Shown here: piece after piece, positions 17,339-26,308 of the stretch
Numbering within the stretch: the first letter of the stretch is position 1
Layout: each line of letters begins with the position of its first letter
Source of the DNA: Candidatus Saccharimonadota bacterium
GTDB lineage: Bacteria > Pseudomonadota > Alphaproteobacteria > CAJXXZ01 > 1604HC
DNA length: 32,000 bases
Assembly (NCBI RefSeq): GCF_008189525.1
Contig: NZ_CP043314.1
Span: 270,001 to 302,000 of the forward strand
Reading direction: 5' to 3'
Made by a program: the position numbers and the translations under genes
The notes under the pieces: generated by a model
Told to the model about the DNA's origin: nothing
Database searches by the model: none
Seen by the model: only the letters and a program-made list of their open reading frames with translations

Positions 17339-17731
17339 ATGAATAAATTTTTTATTAATAAGTGTTTTTGTTTGACTGTTTTGTACAGCAAACATATTGA
17401 CAGTGGAAACTTGTGTTCAAGAATTAATAATTTCCCAAAATATATTGTAGGAAATGTTTGTTGTTTTAAGAAAAATGAAAGTTCATTTTCTGATATACCT
17501 GAAGATATTATTCAGTATGTTTGCAAGTTTTGTGATTTTAAAGCACATTTACAATTTAGCAATGTAAATAAATATATGCATAAAATAAGAGTTAGAGATT
17601 TGCTTGTAAGGAAATATATATATGATCATATTTTAGCAAAAACAAGCTCACCATATAAAGCTCTTTGTGAAAGCAAGGGAATATTAGGAATGAAAAAAAG
17701 TGATATGTTGATGCGTAAGTATATATATTGA
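17339..17731 (+). CDS. Small hypothetical protein with an F-box-like motif
   Basis: The track ORF 17303..17731 starts at TTG. The in-frame ATG at 17339 (MNKFFINKCF...) seems the more likely start. FSDIPEDIIQYVCKFCDFKAHLQFSNVNKYMHKIRV aligns position for position with the F-box-like motif of the 595-aa neighbour (IP-x-D ... CD ... S-x-V-x-K-x-M-x-x-I). Confidence 0.5.
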   Translation: MNKFFINKCFCLTVLYSKHIDSGNLCSRINNFPKYIVGNVCCFKKNESSFSDIPEDIIQYVCKFCDFKAHLQFSNVNKYMHKIRVRDLLVRKYIYDHILAKTSSPYKALCESKGILGMKKSDMLMRKYIY

Positions 17732-17906
17732 TAAGAAAATAAATACTGCAAAACTATTTTTACGTATTATATGATTTATGACCAAATTAGATTACTGAGA
17801 TGTAACCTAAATTGAAAAGTATATGGAAATAAAAATTACAGTATATTGATTATAAATGAGAGTAAATTTTATATGTTGAAGGTGAATTTAGTGTTATAAT
17901 CCGCGC

Positions 17907-19562
17907 ATGAATATATCTAATTTATCCATGAATAAGAATTTACCAAGAACTTGGGCTATGAAATGTGCTCAAAAATTATTAAAAAGGGATTTTATTATTC
18001 TGGAAACTGGATATGGGCCTTCTGGGTTGCCTCATTTAGGCACAGTAGCTGAAGTTATAAGAACAAGAATGATACAAAACTGTTTAGATATTCTAGGAAA
18101 AGAATCTAAAATAATAGTTTTTGTAGATGATATGGATGGATTCAGAAAAGTACCTACAAATCTTCCGAATCAAGATATGTTAGCGAACTATTTGCACCTT
18201 CCTCTTTGTAAGGTTCCAGATCCATTTGGCTGCTGTGAAAGCTACGCTGATCATAATACGAATGAGCTGATTAAGCTTTTAAAAACTTTTGGACTAGAAG
18301 ATAAGGTAGAAATTATGAAATCTAGTGACAAATATAATTCAGGTGAGTTTGATGAAAATTTGGTTCAGGTTCTTAATAATTATGAAAAAATATTAAATGT
18401 AATGTTACCAACCTTAGGAGAAGCAAGACAGAAAACTTATAGTCCATTTCTGCCTATATCTCAGAAAAATGGACATGTTCTTGAAGTTAAGATAGAAAAG
18501 TATTTAAAAGAAGAAAAAAGTATATGCTTCTATGATCAAGGTGAGTTGGTTAAAATGCCGGTAACTGGTGGAAATTGTAAACTTCAGTGGAAAGTGGACT
18601 GGGGAATGAGATGGGCTGCTCTTGGAGTCGATTTTGAGATGTACGGCAAGGACTTAATAGATAGTTATTCTGTTTCTAAACAAATATGTACAATTTTAGG
18701 ATCCAGAGCTCCTAATAATATGGTTTACGAGCTTTTCCTTGATTCAGAAGGAAAGAAAATATCAAAATCTAAGGGTAATGGAATAAGTTTGGAAGAATGG
18801 CTTAATTATGCAACAGAAGATAGTGTAAAGCACTTTTTGTTTTTGAATCCTGATAGGGCAAAAAATCTAGACAAAAAGGATTTGCATAAATATGTAGATA
18901 ATTACTTGTCAGATCTTGAGAAGTATAGGAATTCAATATCAAATTCAGATTTACATTCTAACTTTGCTTTGGATAATCATCCTAATCATCCTAGCTTTGC
19001 TTTGGATAATCATCCTAGCTCTGCTTTGGATAATAGTTCTAGAAAAGATTTTGTTTTAAATGAGCATGATTATAGAAATATCACTGAAAATCCTGTTTTT
19101 TATGTGCATGAAGGTGTAGTTCCACCTGTGTCTAGAGTTTCATATAGTATGATTTTAAATCTTGCTAAAGGATTAAGAAGCCCTGATTTCCTTACTTTCA
19201 AAAATTTTATAGAAAATAAGATTGGGAAATTAAATATAACAGAAGACAAGGTTGTAGAATCAGTTTTTAAGTTTTATGAATCTTACAAAACAAAACCTTC
19301 TGAAACTCCAGAATGGATAAAATCTTACATGAAAGTTTTCTTGGAGAAATTAGATTCATTAGAGTCTGGAAATGATATGCAGCAAGAATTGTACTTACTT
19401 GGAAACAAAGCTGTTTTTAATAATGATGTAGCAGATTTAAAAAGTTGGTTCAAAGCTATCTATGGAATCTTGTTTGGGGAAGAGTCTGGACCAAGGTTAG
19501 GCCCATTTTTCGAATTATATGGTAAAGATGAAGCTAGAAAAATGATCGAAAGCATTATTTGA
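17907..19562 (+). CDS. lysK: Lysine--tRNA ligase, class I
   Basis: 551 aa. Class I architecture: HIGH-type region GYGPSGLPHLGTVAEVIR and KMSKS-type loop KISKSKGNG, with no class II motifs. Class I LysRS is characteristic of archaea, spirochaetes and many alphaproteobacteria, including Rickettsiales. Confidence 0.9.
   Translation: MNISNLSMNKNLPRTWAMKCAQKLLKRDFIILETGYGPSGLPHLGTVAEVIRTRMIQNCLDILGKESKIIVFVDDMDGFRKVPTNLPNQDMLANYLHLPLCKVPDPFGCCESYADHNTNELIKLLKTFGLEDKVEIMKSSDKYNSGEFDENLVQVLNNYEKILNVMLPTLGEARQKTYSPFLPISQKNGHVLEVKIEKYLKEEKSICFYDQGELVKMPVTGGNCKLQWKVDWGMRWAALGVDFEMYGKDLIDSYSVSKQICTILGSRAPNNMVYELFLDSEGKKISKSKGNGISLEEWLNYATEDSVKHFLFLNPDRAKNLDKKDLHKYVDNYLSDLEKYRNSISNSDLHSNFALDNHPNHPSFALDNHPSSALDNSSRKDFVLNEHDYRNITENPVFYVHEGVVPPVSRVSYSMILNLAKGLRSPDFLTFKNFIENKIGKLNITEDKVVESVFKFYESYKTKPSETPEWIKSYMKVFLEKLDSLESGNDMQQELYLLGNKAVFNNDVADLKSWFKAIYGILFGEESGPRLGPFFELYGKDEARKMIESII
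18960..19036. repeat. Imperfect in-frame tandem repeat inside lysK
   Basis: TTTGCTTTGGATAATCATCCT occurs twice and CTGCTTTGGATAAT a third time. Together they encode FALDNHPNHPS-FALDNHPS-SALDNSS, an insertion between the catalytic and C-terminal domains. Confidence 0.7.
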
Positions 19563-20944
19563 TGCCTGAATTGGATAGTATAATTGATAAAAAGAAATTG
19601 AGAAAAGGAGTGTACTTATACATTCATTGGCCATTTTGTAGAAAGAAATGTTCTTATTGTGATTTAAACAGCCACGTTAGAGATTCAGTCGATCAAGAAG
19701 TTTGGATTGAAGCTATTTTATCAGAAATTAACTATTGGAAAGAGAATTTGCCATATGATTTCGTACAAACTATTTTTTTTGGAGGAGGGACTCCATCTCT
19801 AATAAAACCTAAATATATAAGAAAAATAATTAACCATATAAAATCACTTTGGGAATACCCTGATTACTTGGAAATTACTTTAGAAACCAACCCATCTCAC
19901 TTAGAGACTAATTCTTTAAAAGAGTTTCGTGACTCTGGAATAAATAGAATATCATTTGGTGTACAATCTTTAAATGATGAAATTCTTGAGTCGATAAATA
20001 GAACACACTCTGGCCAAGAGGCGTTAGATCATATAAAAGAAGGCTTGCAAATATTTAACAACATATCTGTTGATGTTATGTATGGATTGCCAAATCAATC
20101 AATTGAGGTTTTGGAAGATACTCTTGAAAGGCTTATATCTACTGGCATTCATCATATTTCTATATATGAACTTACTGTGCAAAAAGGCACTTTATTACAC
20201 TTTCAAATCAAAGAAAATCATCTAACATTGCCAGACGATGATAAAGTTTTTATGTTTTACAAAAAAATAATGCAAATTTGTAAAAAGCATGGATTCGAAA
20301 AGTACGAAATATCTAACTTTGCAAAGAAATTAGTAGTTAAGGTTTGTGATCAAAAAGTGGTGTTAGAAAATAATGATGTGGATAGAATATGTGAGATAGA
20401 TAGTGAAATAACAAAAAGTGAAAACTATAATAAAGATATTAAAGACAAGCTCTTTAGTAAAGATAAATTCTTAGAAAATATAAATAGCTTTTCAGGCAGT
20501 TCAAACGAGAGCAATAAGTCATTTTGCGATTATAGATGTAAGCATAATTTAGCATATTGGACAAGTAAACCGTTTTTAGGAATAGGTCCTGGAGCTTGTA
20601 GCAGGGTTGAGATTGATGGAAAGTTGTATGGTTTGGAGAATAGTAAAATTCCAGAAGAATGGATTTTAAATGTACAAGAAAAAGGATCCTCGCTAGTGGA
20701 TAAAGAGCATATAAATTTTGAAAAAGATTTCTTGGAAAATATAATGATGGGATTAAGAAATGTTGATGGTATCGATTTGGATGAATTAGAAAATAGATTC
20801 AAGTCTAAGTACGAATCTCTTTTCAATAAAGAAAAATTACAGCAGCTTATTAATTCAAAATATTTAATAATTTTTGATAAAAGAATGAAACTTACTGAAT
20901 CTGGATTGATGAGATATAATGCCGTTTGTAAGTATCTTACTTGA
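19562..20944 (+). CDS. hemW: Radical SAM family heme chaperone HemW (HemN-like, oxygen-independent coproporphyrinogen oxidase-like)
   Basis: Radical-SAM cluster motif LYIHWPFCRKKCSYCD (CxxxCxxC), plus FFGGGTPS, and ISFGVQSLND and YEISNFAK blocks in HemW order. The track start is TTG at 19559. The ATG at 19562 overlaps the lysK TGA (TGATG) and is the more likely start. An insertion of about 65 aa precedes HNLAYW. Confidence 0.85.
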   Translation: MPELDSIIDKKKLRKGVYLYIHWPFCRKKCSYCDLNSHVRDSVDQEVWIEAILSEINYWKENLPYDFVQTIFFGGGTPSLIKPKYIRKIINHIKSLWEYPDYLEITLETNPSHLETNSLKEFRDSGINRISFGVQSLNDEILESINRTHSGQEALDHIKEGLQIFNNISVDVMYGLPNQSIEVLEDTLERLISTGIHHISIYELTVQKGTLLHFQIKENHLTLPDDDKVFMFYKKIMQICKKHGFEKYEISNFAKKLVVKVCDQKVVLENNDVDRICEIDSEITKSENYNKDIKDKLFSKDKFLENINSFSGSSNESNKSFCDYRCKHNLAYWTSKPFLGIGPGACSRVEIDGKLYGLENSKIPEEWILNVQEKGSSLVDKEHINFEKDFLENIMMGLRNVDGIDLDELENRFKSKYESLFNKEKLQQLINSKYLIIFDKRMKLTESGLMRYNAVCKYLT

Positions 20945-21054
20945 TCTATGATTACTTATTTATAGGAAATGTATTTTAAATAAAACCCAAGAAAGAAAAT
21001 ATTCTAAAATGCTCTAAAACTGAATTATAATCAATTAAAATATTATCTTAAGTA

Positions 21055-21486
21055 TTATTTATTCCCAGTGGATCCAAATCCACCTTTTCTTTCCGATTCA
21101 GTTAATTTATCTGTTAATTGAAATTCTGGAGATTCATATTTTGATATTACCATTTGAGCAATTCTTGTATATGGCTGCAAAGCATAAGCTGCCTCTCCAA
21201 GGTTAGACAAAATGACTTTAACTTCATCCCTATAATCACAATCTATAGTTCCAGGAGAATTTAGTACCACAATTCCATGTTTTAAAGCTATACCAGATCT
21301 ACATCTTATTTGAGCCTCATATCCTTCAGGAATCTCCATACAAAACCCTACAGGCACTAAAACTTTTTCTCTTGGATGTATGATTATTTCAGAAGTTATT
21401 TTAGCTCTTAAGTCTAATCCAGCGCTTCTTTCTGTCATTCTCTGTGGTGTACACTTTTCATCAAGTAGTTTTATCTTGAATATCAT
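21055..21486 (-). CDS. dut: Deoxyuridine 5-prime-triphosphate nucleotidohydrolase
   Basis: 143 aa. dUTPase motifs AGLDLRA, RSGIALKHGI, NSPGTIDCDYRDEVKVIL and the C-terminal RKGGFGSTG. Confidence 0.9.
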   Translation of the reverse strand: MIFKIKLLDEKCTPQRMTERSAGLDLRAKITSEIIIHPREKVLVPVGFCMEIPEGYEAQIRCRSGIALKHGIVVLNSPGTIDCDYRDEVKVILSNLGEAAYALQPYTRIAQMVISKYESPEFQLTDKLTESERKGGFGSTGNK

Positions 21487-21699
21487 GGAAATAATATATA
21501 CTTAAATCAGTTAATATCAATATTAAAAATCATTATATGTAAAAATTAATAAATAACTGGGCAAGTTTATGTATGTTTTATATAAACATGGTTTAGGAAT
21601 GCATAAATATATCTATTAGATTTCAAAGTTATTAATCTAGTTTATAGAAAATAGCTATATGAAAAAATCAAAAATATCAATTAATGAAAATCAAATACT

Positions 21700-22227
21700 T
21701 TAAGAAATTTTGTTTGGATTATTATTTAGAAGTGATTTGTGTAGGTATACAAAAAGGCTGAAAAAGGAAAAAAGCATAGAAAGCCAAAGAAGTAACATTC
21801 CTCCCTTTATATCTAGCAAAAGCATTCCCATACTTACCATCTGAGATATTGTAGTAGTTTTTCCAAAATTATTCACATAAATATTTCTCTTTTTTATTGC
21901 ATTCATATAATTTCTCAAGAAATAAACAAATATATTTCTTACAATTATTAAATAAACAGTTGTGGTGTGTATGCCTTTTATATGCCCAGTTTGTATTAAA
22001 GTTACTAAAATAGAAGTTAAAAGTATTTTATCTGCCATAGGGTCTAAATGTTGGCCTATACTTGTCTTAGATTTATATTTCCTTGCTATAAAACCATCCA
22101 AAAAATCAGAAATACATGCAATAAGAAATAGAACTGCTGATAATAGTTTCATTTTAAATATTATTAATAAACATATAAAAGGAGTGACAAATATTCTGAA
22201 TATCGTTAATAAGTTAGGAGATATCAT
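21700..22227 (-). CDS. pgsA: CDP-diacylglycerol--glycerol-3-phosphate 3-phosphatidyltransferase
   Basis: 175 aa. The PgsA-like N-terminus is PNLLTIFRIFVTPF. The CDP-alcohol phosphatidyltransferase motif is DFLDGFIARKYKSKTSIGQHLDPMADKIL (D-G-x2-A-R-x8-G-x3-D-x3-D). Size and N-terminus favour PgsA over PssA. Confidence 0.8.
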   Translation of the reverse strand: MISPNLLTIFRIFVTPFICLLIIFKMKLLSAVLFLIACISDFLDGFIARKYKSKTSIGQHLDPMADKILLTSILVTLIQTGHIKGIHTTTVYLIIVRNIFVYFLRNYMNAIKKRNIYVNNFGKTTTISQMVSMGMLLLDIKGGMLLLWLSMLFSFFSLFVYLHKSLLNNNPNKIS

Positions 22228-22297
22228 AGGGAAATATTAATTTTAAAAACAAAAAAAATCAACGATTTATCTGATTAATAGTTTGTATATATAATTT

Positions 22298-23428
22298 TCA
22301 ATCAAAAGAATATATTCCAATAGACTTTCTAACCTCTTGTATAGTCTTTTCATACTCTATATTAGCGTTATAAGTTCCATTTTTTAATATAGATATCATA
22401 TCTTCATCTTTTAACTGTAATCGTATATTTTGTATTGGTGTTAAAAATGCTCTTAAAGATTCAAAAAGAATTTGTTTTATCTTTATATCTCCAAGCCCAC
22501 CTTTTTTATAGTTCTCTTTAAGCTCTGATAAATGTTCTTTGTCTTCGTAAAATGAATCTAAATATGAAAACACGACATTTCCTTCTATTTTCCCTGGTTG
22601 ATGTACATGTATATGATCTGGATCTGTATACATACTAAAAACCTTTTCTCTTAATGTCTTTTCATTGTCGGATAGATAAATCGCATTATTTAATGACTTG
22701 CTTGCTTTTGATTTTCCATCTATTCCTACTAATTTAGGTTGATCTGATAGGAGTATTTCAGCTTCTCTTAGGCAGTTTGAATTATATTGTTGTGAGAATT
22801 TTCTTACAATTTCGTTTGTTTGCTCTATCATGGGAATTTGATCCTTACCTGCTGGAACTACATCAGCTTGTATTCCTGTTATGTCTGCAGACTGACTTAC
22901 TGGATAGCAAAGAAACCCAGCTTTTATTGAATCTTTATATCCTTTTTGTAATATTTCTTCTTTTATAGTTGGATTTCTTTCTAATCTTCCTAAAGTCACT
23001 AAATTCATATAGTAAAAAGTCAGTTCGTAAAGTGAGTTTATTTGGGATTGAAGTAAGAAAGTTGTTTTTTCTGGGTCAATTCCTACAGATATATAATCTT
23101 TCATGATTTCTAGAATGTTTTCTGACTTAAAACTTTCATCTGTTAGAGATTGAAGGTCAGCGATCATTACATACTGTTCATGTGAATTTTGCATTTTCAC
23201 TCTGTTTTGTAGTGATCCTACATAATGACCTAAATGTAATTTTCCACTTGGTCTATCTCCAGTGAGTATTCTTTTTTTCTTAATACTTTGTTTTGTATGA
23301 CTTTTATCTAAAAGATCTTGAGTTGATGAATTTTGCCCTAAAAATGATTCTGGCTGATTGTTTTTGTCAGTTTTTTCTTTATTTTTTGCAGAAAAACCTA
23401 TATTTTGTTCAGAAAATGAATTATGCAT
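22298..23428 (-). CDS. trpS: Tryptophan--tRNA ligase
   Basis: 376 aa. HIGH region ILTGDRPSGKLHLGHYVGSL and KMSKS-type loop GKSKASKS. Low-complexity N-terminal extension of about 50 aa. Confidence 0.9.
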   Translation of the reverse strand: MHNSFSEQNIGFSAKNKEKTDKNNQPESFLGQNSSTQDLLDKSHTKQSIKKKRILTGDRPSGKLHLGHYVGSLQNRVKMQNSHEQYVMIADLQSLTDESFKSENILEIMKDYISVGIDPEKTTFLLQSQINSLYELTFYYMNLVTLGRLERNPTIKEEILQKGYKDSIKAGFLCYPVSQSADITGIQADVVPAGKDQIPMIEQTNEIVRKFSQQYNSNCLREAEILLSDQPKLVGIDGKSKASKSLNNAIYLSDNEKTLREKVFSMYTDPDHIHVHQPGKIEGNVVFSYLDSFYEDKEHLSELKENYKKGGLGDIKIKQILFESLRAFLTPIQNIRLQLKDEDMISILKNGTYNANIEYEKTIQEVRKSIGIYSFD

Positions 23429-23473
23429 ATGTAAATTATATAATTAATTTAATATAATTAAACCTGAAAATTT

Positions 23474-24223
23474 ATGAGAACTATAAGAATATGGGGTAGG
23501 CATGCTGTGTTTTCAGCTCTTTCCAATAAACAAAGACAAGTTGAGAGTATTATTTGTATTAAAAAATACGCTGAAGAAGTTAAACAAATCAGAAGAGTAA
23601 GTATAAAAATTGTTGATAGAAGGCATTTAGATGATATTTTGCCGGGTGTTCAACATCAAGGTATATTATTAATGTGTTCTTCATTAAATACTTGTAAGCT
23701 TTCTACATGTGATCATATTAATCCAGATGACAATATATTGGCTTTGGATCAACTTCAAGATCCACAAAATATAGGAGCTATAATGAGATCAATGGCTGCT
23801 TTTAATTTTAAGCACCTGCTTGTTACAAAAGATAGATGTCCTGAATTAGATGGAGTTGCTGCAAAAGCATCTTGTGGTGGGATAGATAGAGTCCATATAT
23901 TAAAAGCTGTAAATTTAGCTGATTCTTTAATAAGGTTGAAAAAGAATGGTTTTTGGTGCTTTGGTTTAGAAGGCAATGAAAAAGACGAATATAAAAAATA
24001 TAGCGGAAATATAACAAAAGGAGTTGTTTTGGTTGTAGGAAGCGAAGGTTTTGGAATTCGTGATAGAATCAAGTCAGAATGTGATGGATTTATTTCTATA
24101 GATACAAATCCTGAATTTCCAGTTTTAAACGCTTCTGTAGCAGCTTCGTTAGGTATGCATATAATAAATAATGGAGATAAGTATGTACCAAAAAAATTAG
24201 AAAAAGACACGAGTTGTTTATGA
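23474..24223 (+). CDS. rlmB: SpoU/TrmH-family RNA 2-prime-O-methyltransferase (RlmB-like 23S rRNA Gm methyltransferase)
   Basis: 249 aa. N-terminal substrate-binding-like IWGRHAVFSAL, and the SPOUT motifs LDQLQDPQNIGAIMRSMAAFN, VVGSEGFGIRD and LNASVAASLGMH. Confidence 0.8.
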   Translation: MRTIRIWGRHAVFSALSNKQRQVESIICIKKYAEEVKQIRRVSIKIVDRRHLDDILPGVQHQGILLMCSSLNTCKLSTCDHINPDDNILALDQLQDPQNIGAIMRSMAAFNFKHLLVTKDRCPELDGVAAKASCGGIDRVHILKAVNLADSLIRLKKNGFWCFGLEGNEKDEYKKYSGNITKGVVLVVGSEGFGIRDRIKSECDGFISIDTNPEFPVLNASVAASLGMHIINNGDKYVPKKLEKDTSCL

Positions 24224-24402
24224 AATATAAAGCTATGTTGAAGAAAATAATAAAACAAATGTTTATTAGAATGATTTTTAAACAAAAACCTAAACAGGGA
24301 ATAAAATTAAAAAATATAAGTATAAGAAAGAGAATTAAAAGATGGATATAAATAGCAAAATTTGTATAAAAAAAATTATTATTTTAGTAAAAGGATTCAT
24401 AT

Positions 24403-26127
24403 ATGACTATAACTAAGTTTGTTTTAGATTCTATTAAGCCATTTAGAGGTGCAATATTCCTTATGGGTGCTGTTGTGGCTCTTATATCTATTGCGATTTC
24501 AGGCTTTCATGTTGTTTCAAAGTATTTAGTTGATGGGTTTGATGTCTATTCTAAAACTGGAAACTTGGACAAAGTTTACATCTCTCTTTTATTTCTAATA
24601 GCTAATGTAATTATTTACCAAATAGCTTTGAGAGCTAGAGAATATCTAGAGATAAGATTTGTACCTAAATTAAAGAAAAATGTAGTTGACATTCTTTCTT
24701 CAAAAATACTTTTCTATCCCTATGTATTTTTTAAGGATTTTGATGCTAGTAAGTTTGTTTTCTCTGTTTTCCAAGTCTCAGAATCAGTATCAGATCTTAT
24801 AATAGATTATTTGTCAGATTTCTTTAAAGGTTTTTTGAATTTAGTATTGGCAGTTGTTTTGATGTTTTCAGTGCATTTTACTATAGGTGTAATAGGTCTT
24901 GCTTGGGTAATATCTTGGATAATTTTATCAATATTTTTAGCAAAGAGAGCAAATAAGTTAGCTTACAATCTTGCTGATAGCAGAAGTACTTTGTCTTCTA
25001 AATGGAATGACACATTTAAGAATGTAGATTCTGTATTTATATATAATGGTTCTAATTACGAGTCTTCTAAAAATATGAAATTCTCACATGATACCATGAT
25101 ACAAGAAAAGAAAATGAATGTATTTATATTGAATATAAATATTATACAAGGAACTGTATTTATATTGGTTACTATAGTTTCAATTTTTACATTGTTAAAT
25201 TTGTTTAAGCAGGGGCAAGTAACTGCTGGTGATTTTATTCTTATAACAGAAACAATACATTCTATAGGGGCAAATTTATGGGATTTTGCACAGGACTTTT
25301 CATGGTTTATATCTGATTTAGGAAAAATAAGCCAAGGATTAGATATGACTAAAACTCCTCTAAAACAAGCACTTTTGACAAGCAATGTGCAAATAAAAAG
25401 CCACGATATTCTATTCAACGATGTTTCATTTAGATACTCAGGATCTAGAGATGTTTTCAGTAATAATGGAGAAATAGCTATAAAACAAGGAGAGAAAATA
25501 GGGCTAGTAGGAGCTTCTGGTAGTGGAAAAAGTACATTTATAAAGCTTATGTTAGGTTTAATGCACCCTAAATTTGGTTCTGTTAAGGTTGGTGGAGTTG
25601 ATACGAAAGAAGTTTGTTCTGATTCTCTTAGAAAGAGCTTTGCTTTAATTCCTCAAGACAATTCACTGTTTGAAGATACAATAATGAACAATATAAAATA
25701 TGGAAGCTTTGGCTCTACTGAAGAAGATGTAATAAATGCAGCGAAAAGAGCAAATATACATAATTTCATAAGCTCTTTGCCAGATAAATATGAAACTATA
25801 GCGAAGAATAATAATTTTTCTGGTGGTCAAAAACAGAGGATAGGAATAGCTAGAGGTTTCTTGAGGGATGCTAAAATATTTATATTTGATGAGTCAACAT
25901 CTGCTTTAGACACTGTGACAGAAAAGGATATACTTGCATCTATAAATGATATAGAAAGCTCAAAAACAAAGATAATTATCGCTCATAGACTGTACAATGT
26001 TTTTGATGCAGATAGGATCTTTGTATTTGATAAAGGCAGAATAGTTCAAATTGGTTCTCATGAAGAGCTAAAAGAACAAAATGGTATTTATAAAACATTC
26101 TTTGATATACAAACTAGACAGATTTAA
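24403..26127 (+). CDS. ABC transporter, fused permease and ATP-binding protein (MsbA/multidrug-exporter type)
   Basis: 574 aa. The N-terminal half is a 6-TM type I exporter domain. Walker A GASGSGKST, Q-loop IPQD, signature FSGGQKQRIGIAR, Walker B IFIFDESTSALD, H-loop IIAHRL. Confidence 0.85.
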   Translation: MTITKFVLDSIKPFRGAIFLMGAVVALISIAISGFHVVSKYLVDGFDVYSKTGNLDKVYISLLFLIANVIIYQIALRAREYLEIRFVPKLKKNVVDILSSKILFYPYVFFKDFDASKFVFSVFQVSESVSDLIIDYLSDFFKGFLNLVLAVVLMFSVHFTIGVIGLAWVISWIILSIFLAKRANKLAYNLADSRSTLSSKWNDTFKNVDSVFIYNGSNYESSKNMKFSHDTMIQEKKMNVFILNINIIQGTVFILVTIVSIFTLLNLFKQGQVTAGDFILITETIHSIGANLWDFAQDFSWFISDLGKISQGLDMTKTPLKQALLTSNVQIKSHDILFNDVSFRYSGSRDVFSNNGEIAIKQGEKIGLVGASGSGKSTFIKLMLGLMHPKFGSVKVGGVDTKEVCSDSLRKSFALIPQDNSLFEDTIMNNIKYGSFGSTEEDVINAAKRANIHNFISSLPDKYETIAKNNNFSGGQKQRIGIARGFLRDAKIFIFDESTSALDTVTEKDILASINDIESSKTKIIIAHRLYNVFDADRIFVFDKGRIVQIGSHEELKEQNGIYKTFFDIQTRQI

Positions 26128-26308
26128 AAAACATTTTTTTGGTAATTCAGGTTAAATGTTTAAAAAAATAAGCTGAGTAAAGATGAAGATAAAGATAGGT
26201 TCTCAAAGTGCAGATATTTTTATGTCTGAAATTATTTATATTAAGGTTTAAAGTAAGTTTATTTTCTTAAGCGTTGATTTTTTTGTGTTTAAAACATAAT
26301 TTGGTTTT

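Noticed and set aside
23755-24285. 176-aa ORF antisense to rlmB, with a nested 64-aa ORF at 23823..24017
   Set aside because: It lies entirely within and opposite a gene with clear SPOUT motifs. It has an F/S/L/K-rich shadow-ORF composition and no recognisable motifs.
26128-26175. AAACATTT ... AAATGTTT inverted repeat after the ABC transporter as a terminator
   Set aside because: The loop is 17 nt, the stem is all A/T, and an A-tract rather than a T-tract follows on the coding strand. It cannot be distinguished from chance in this composition.
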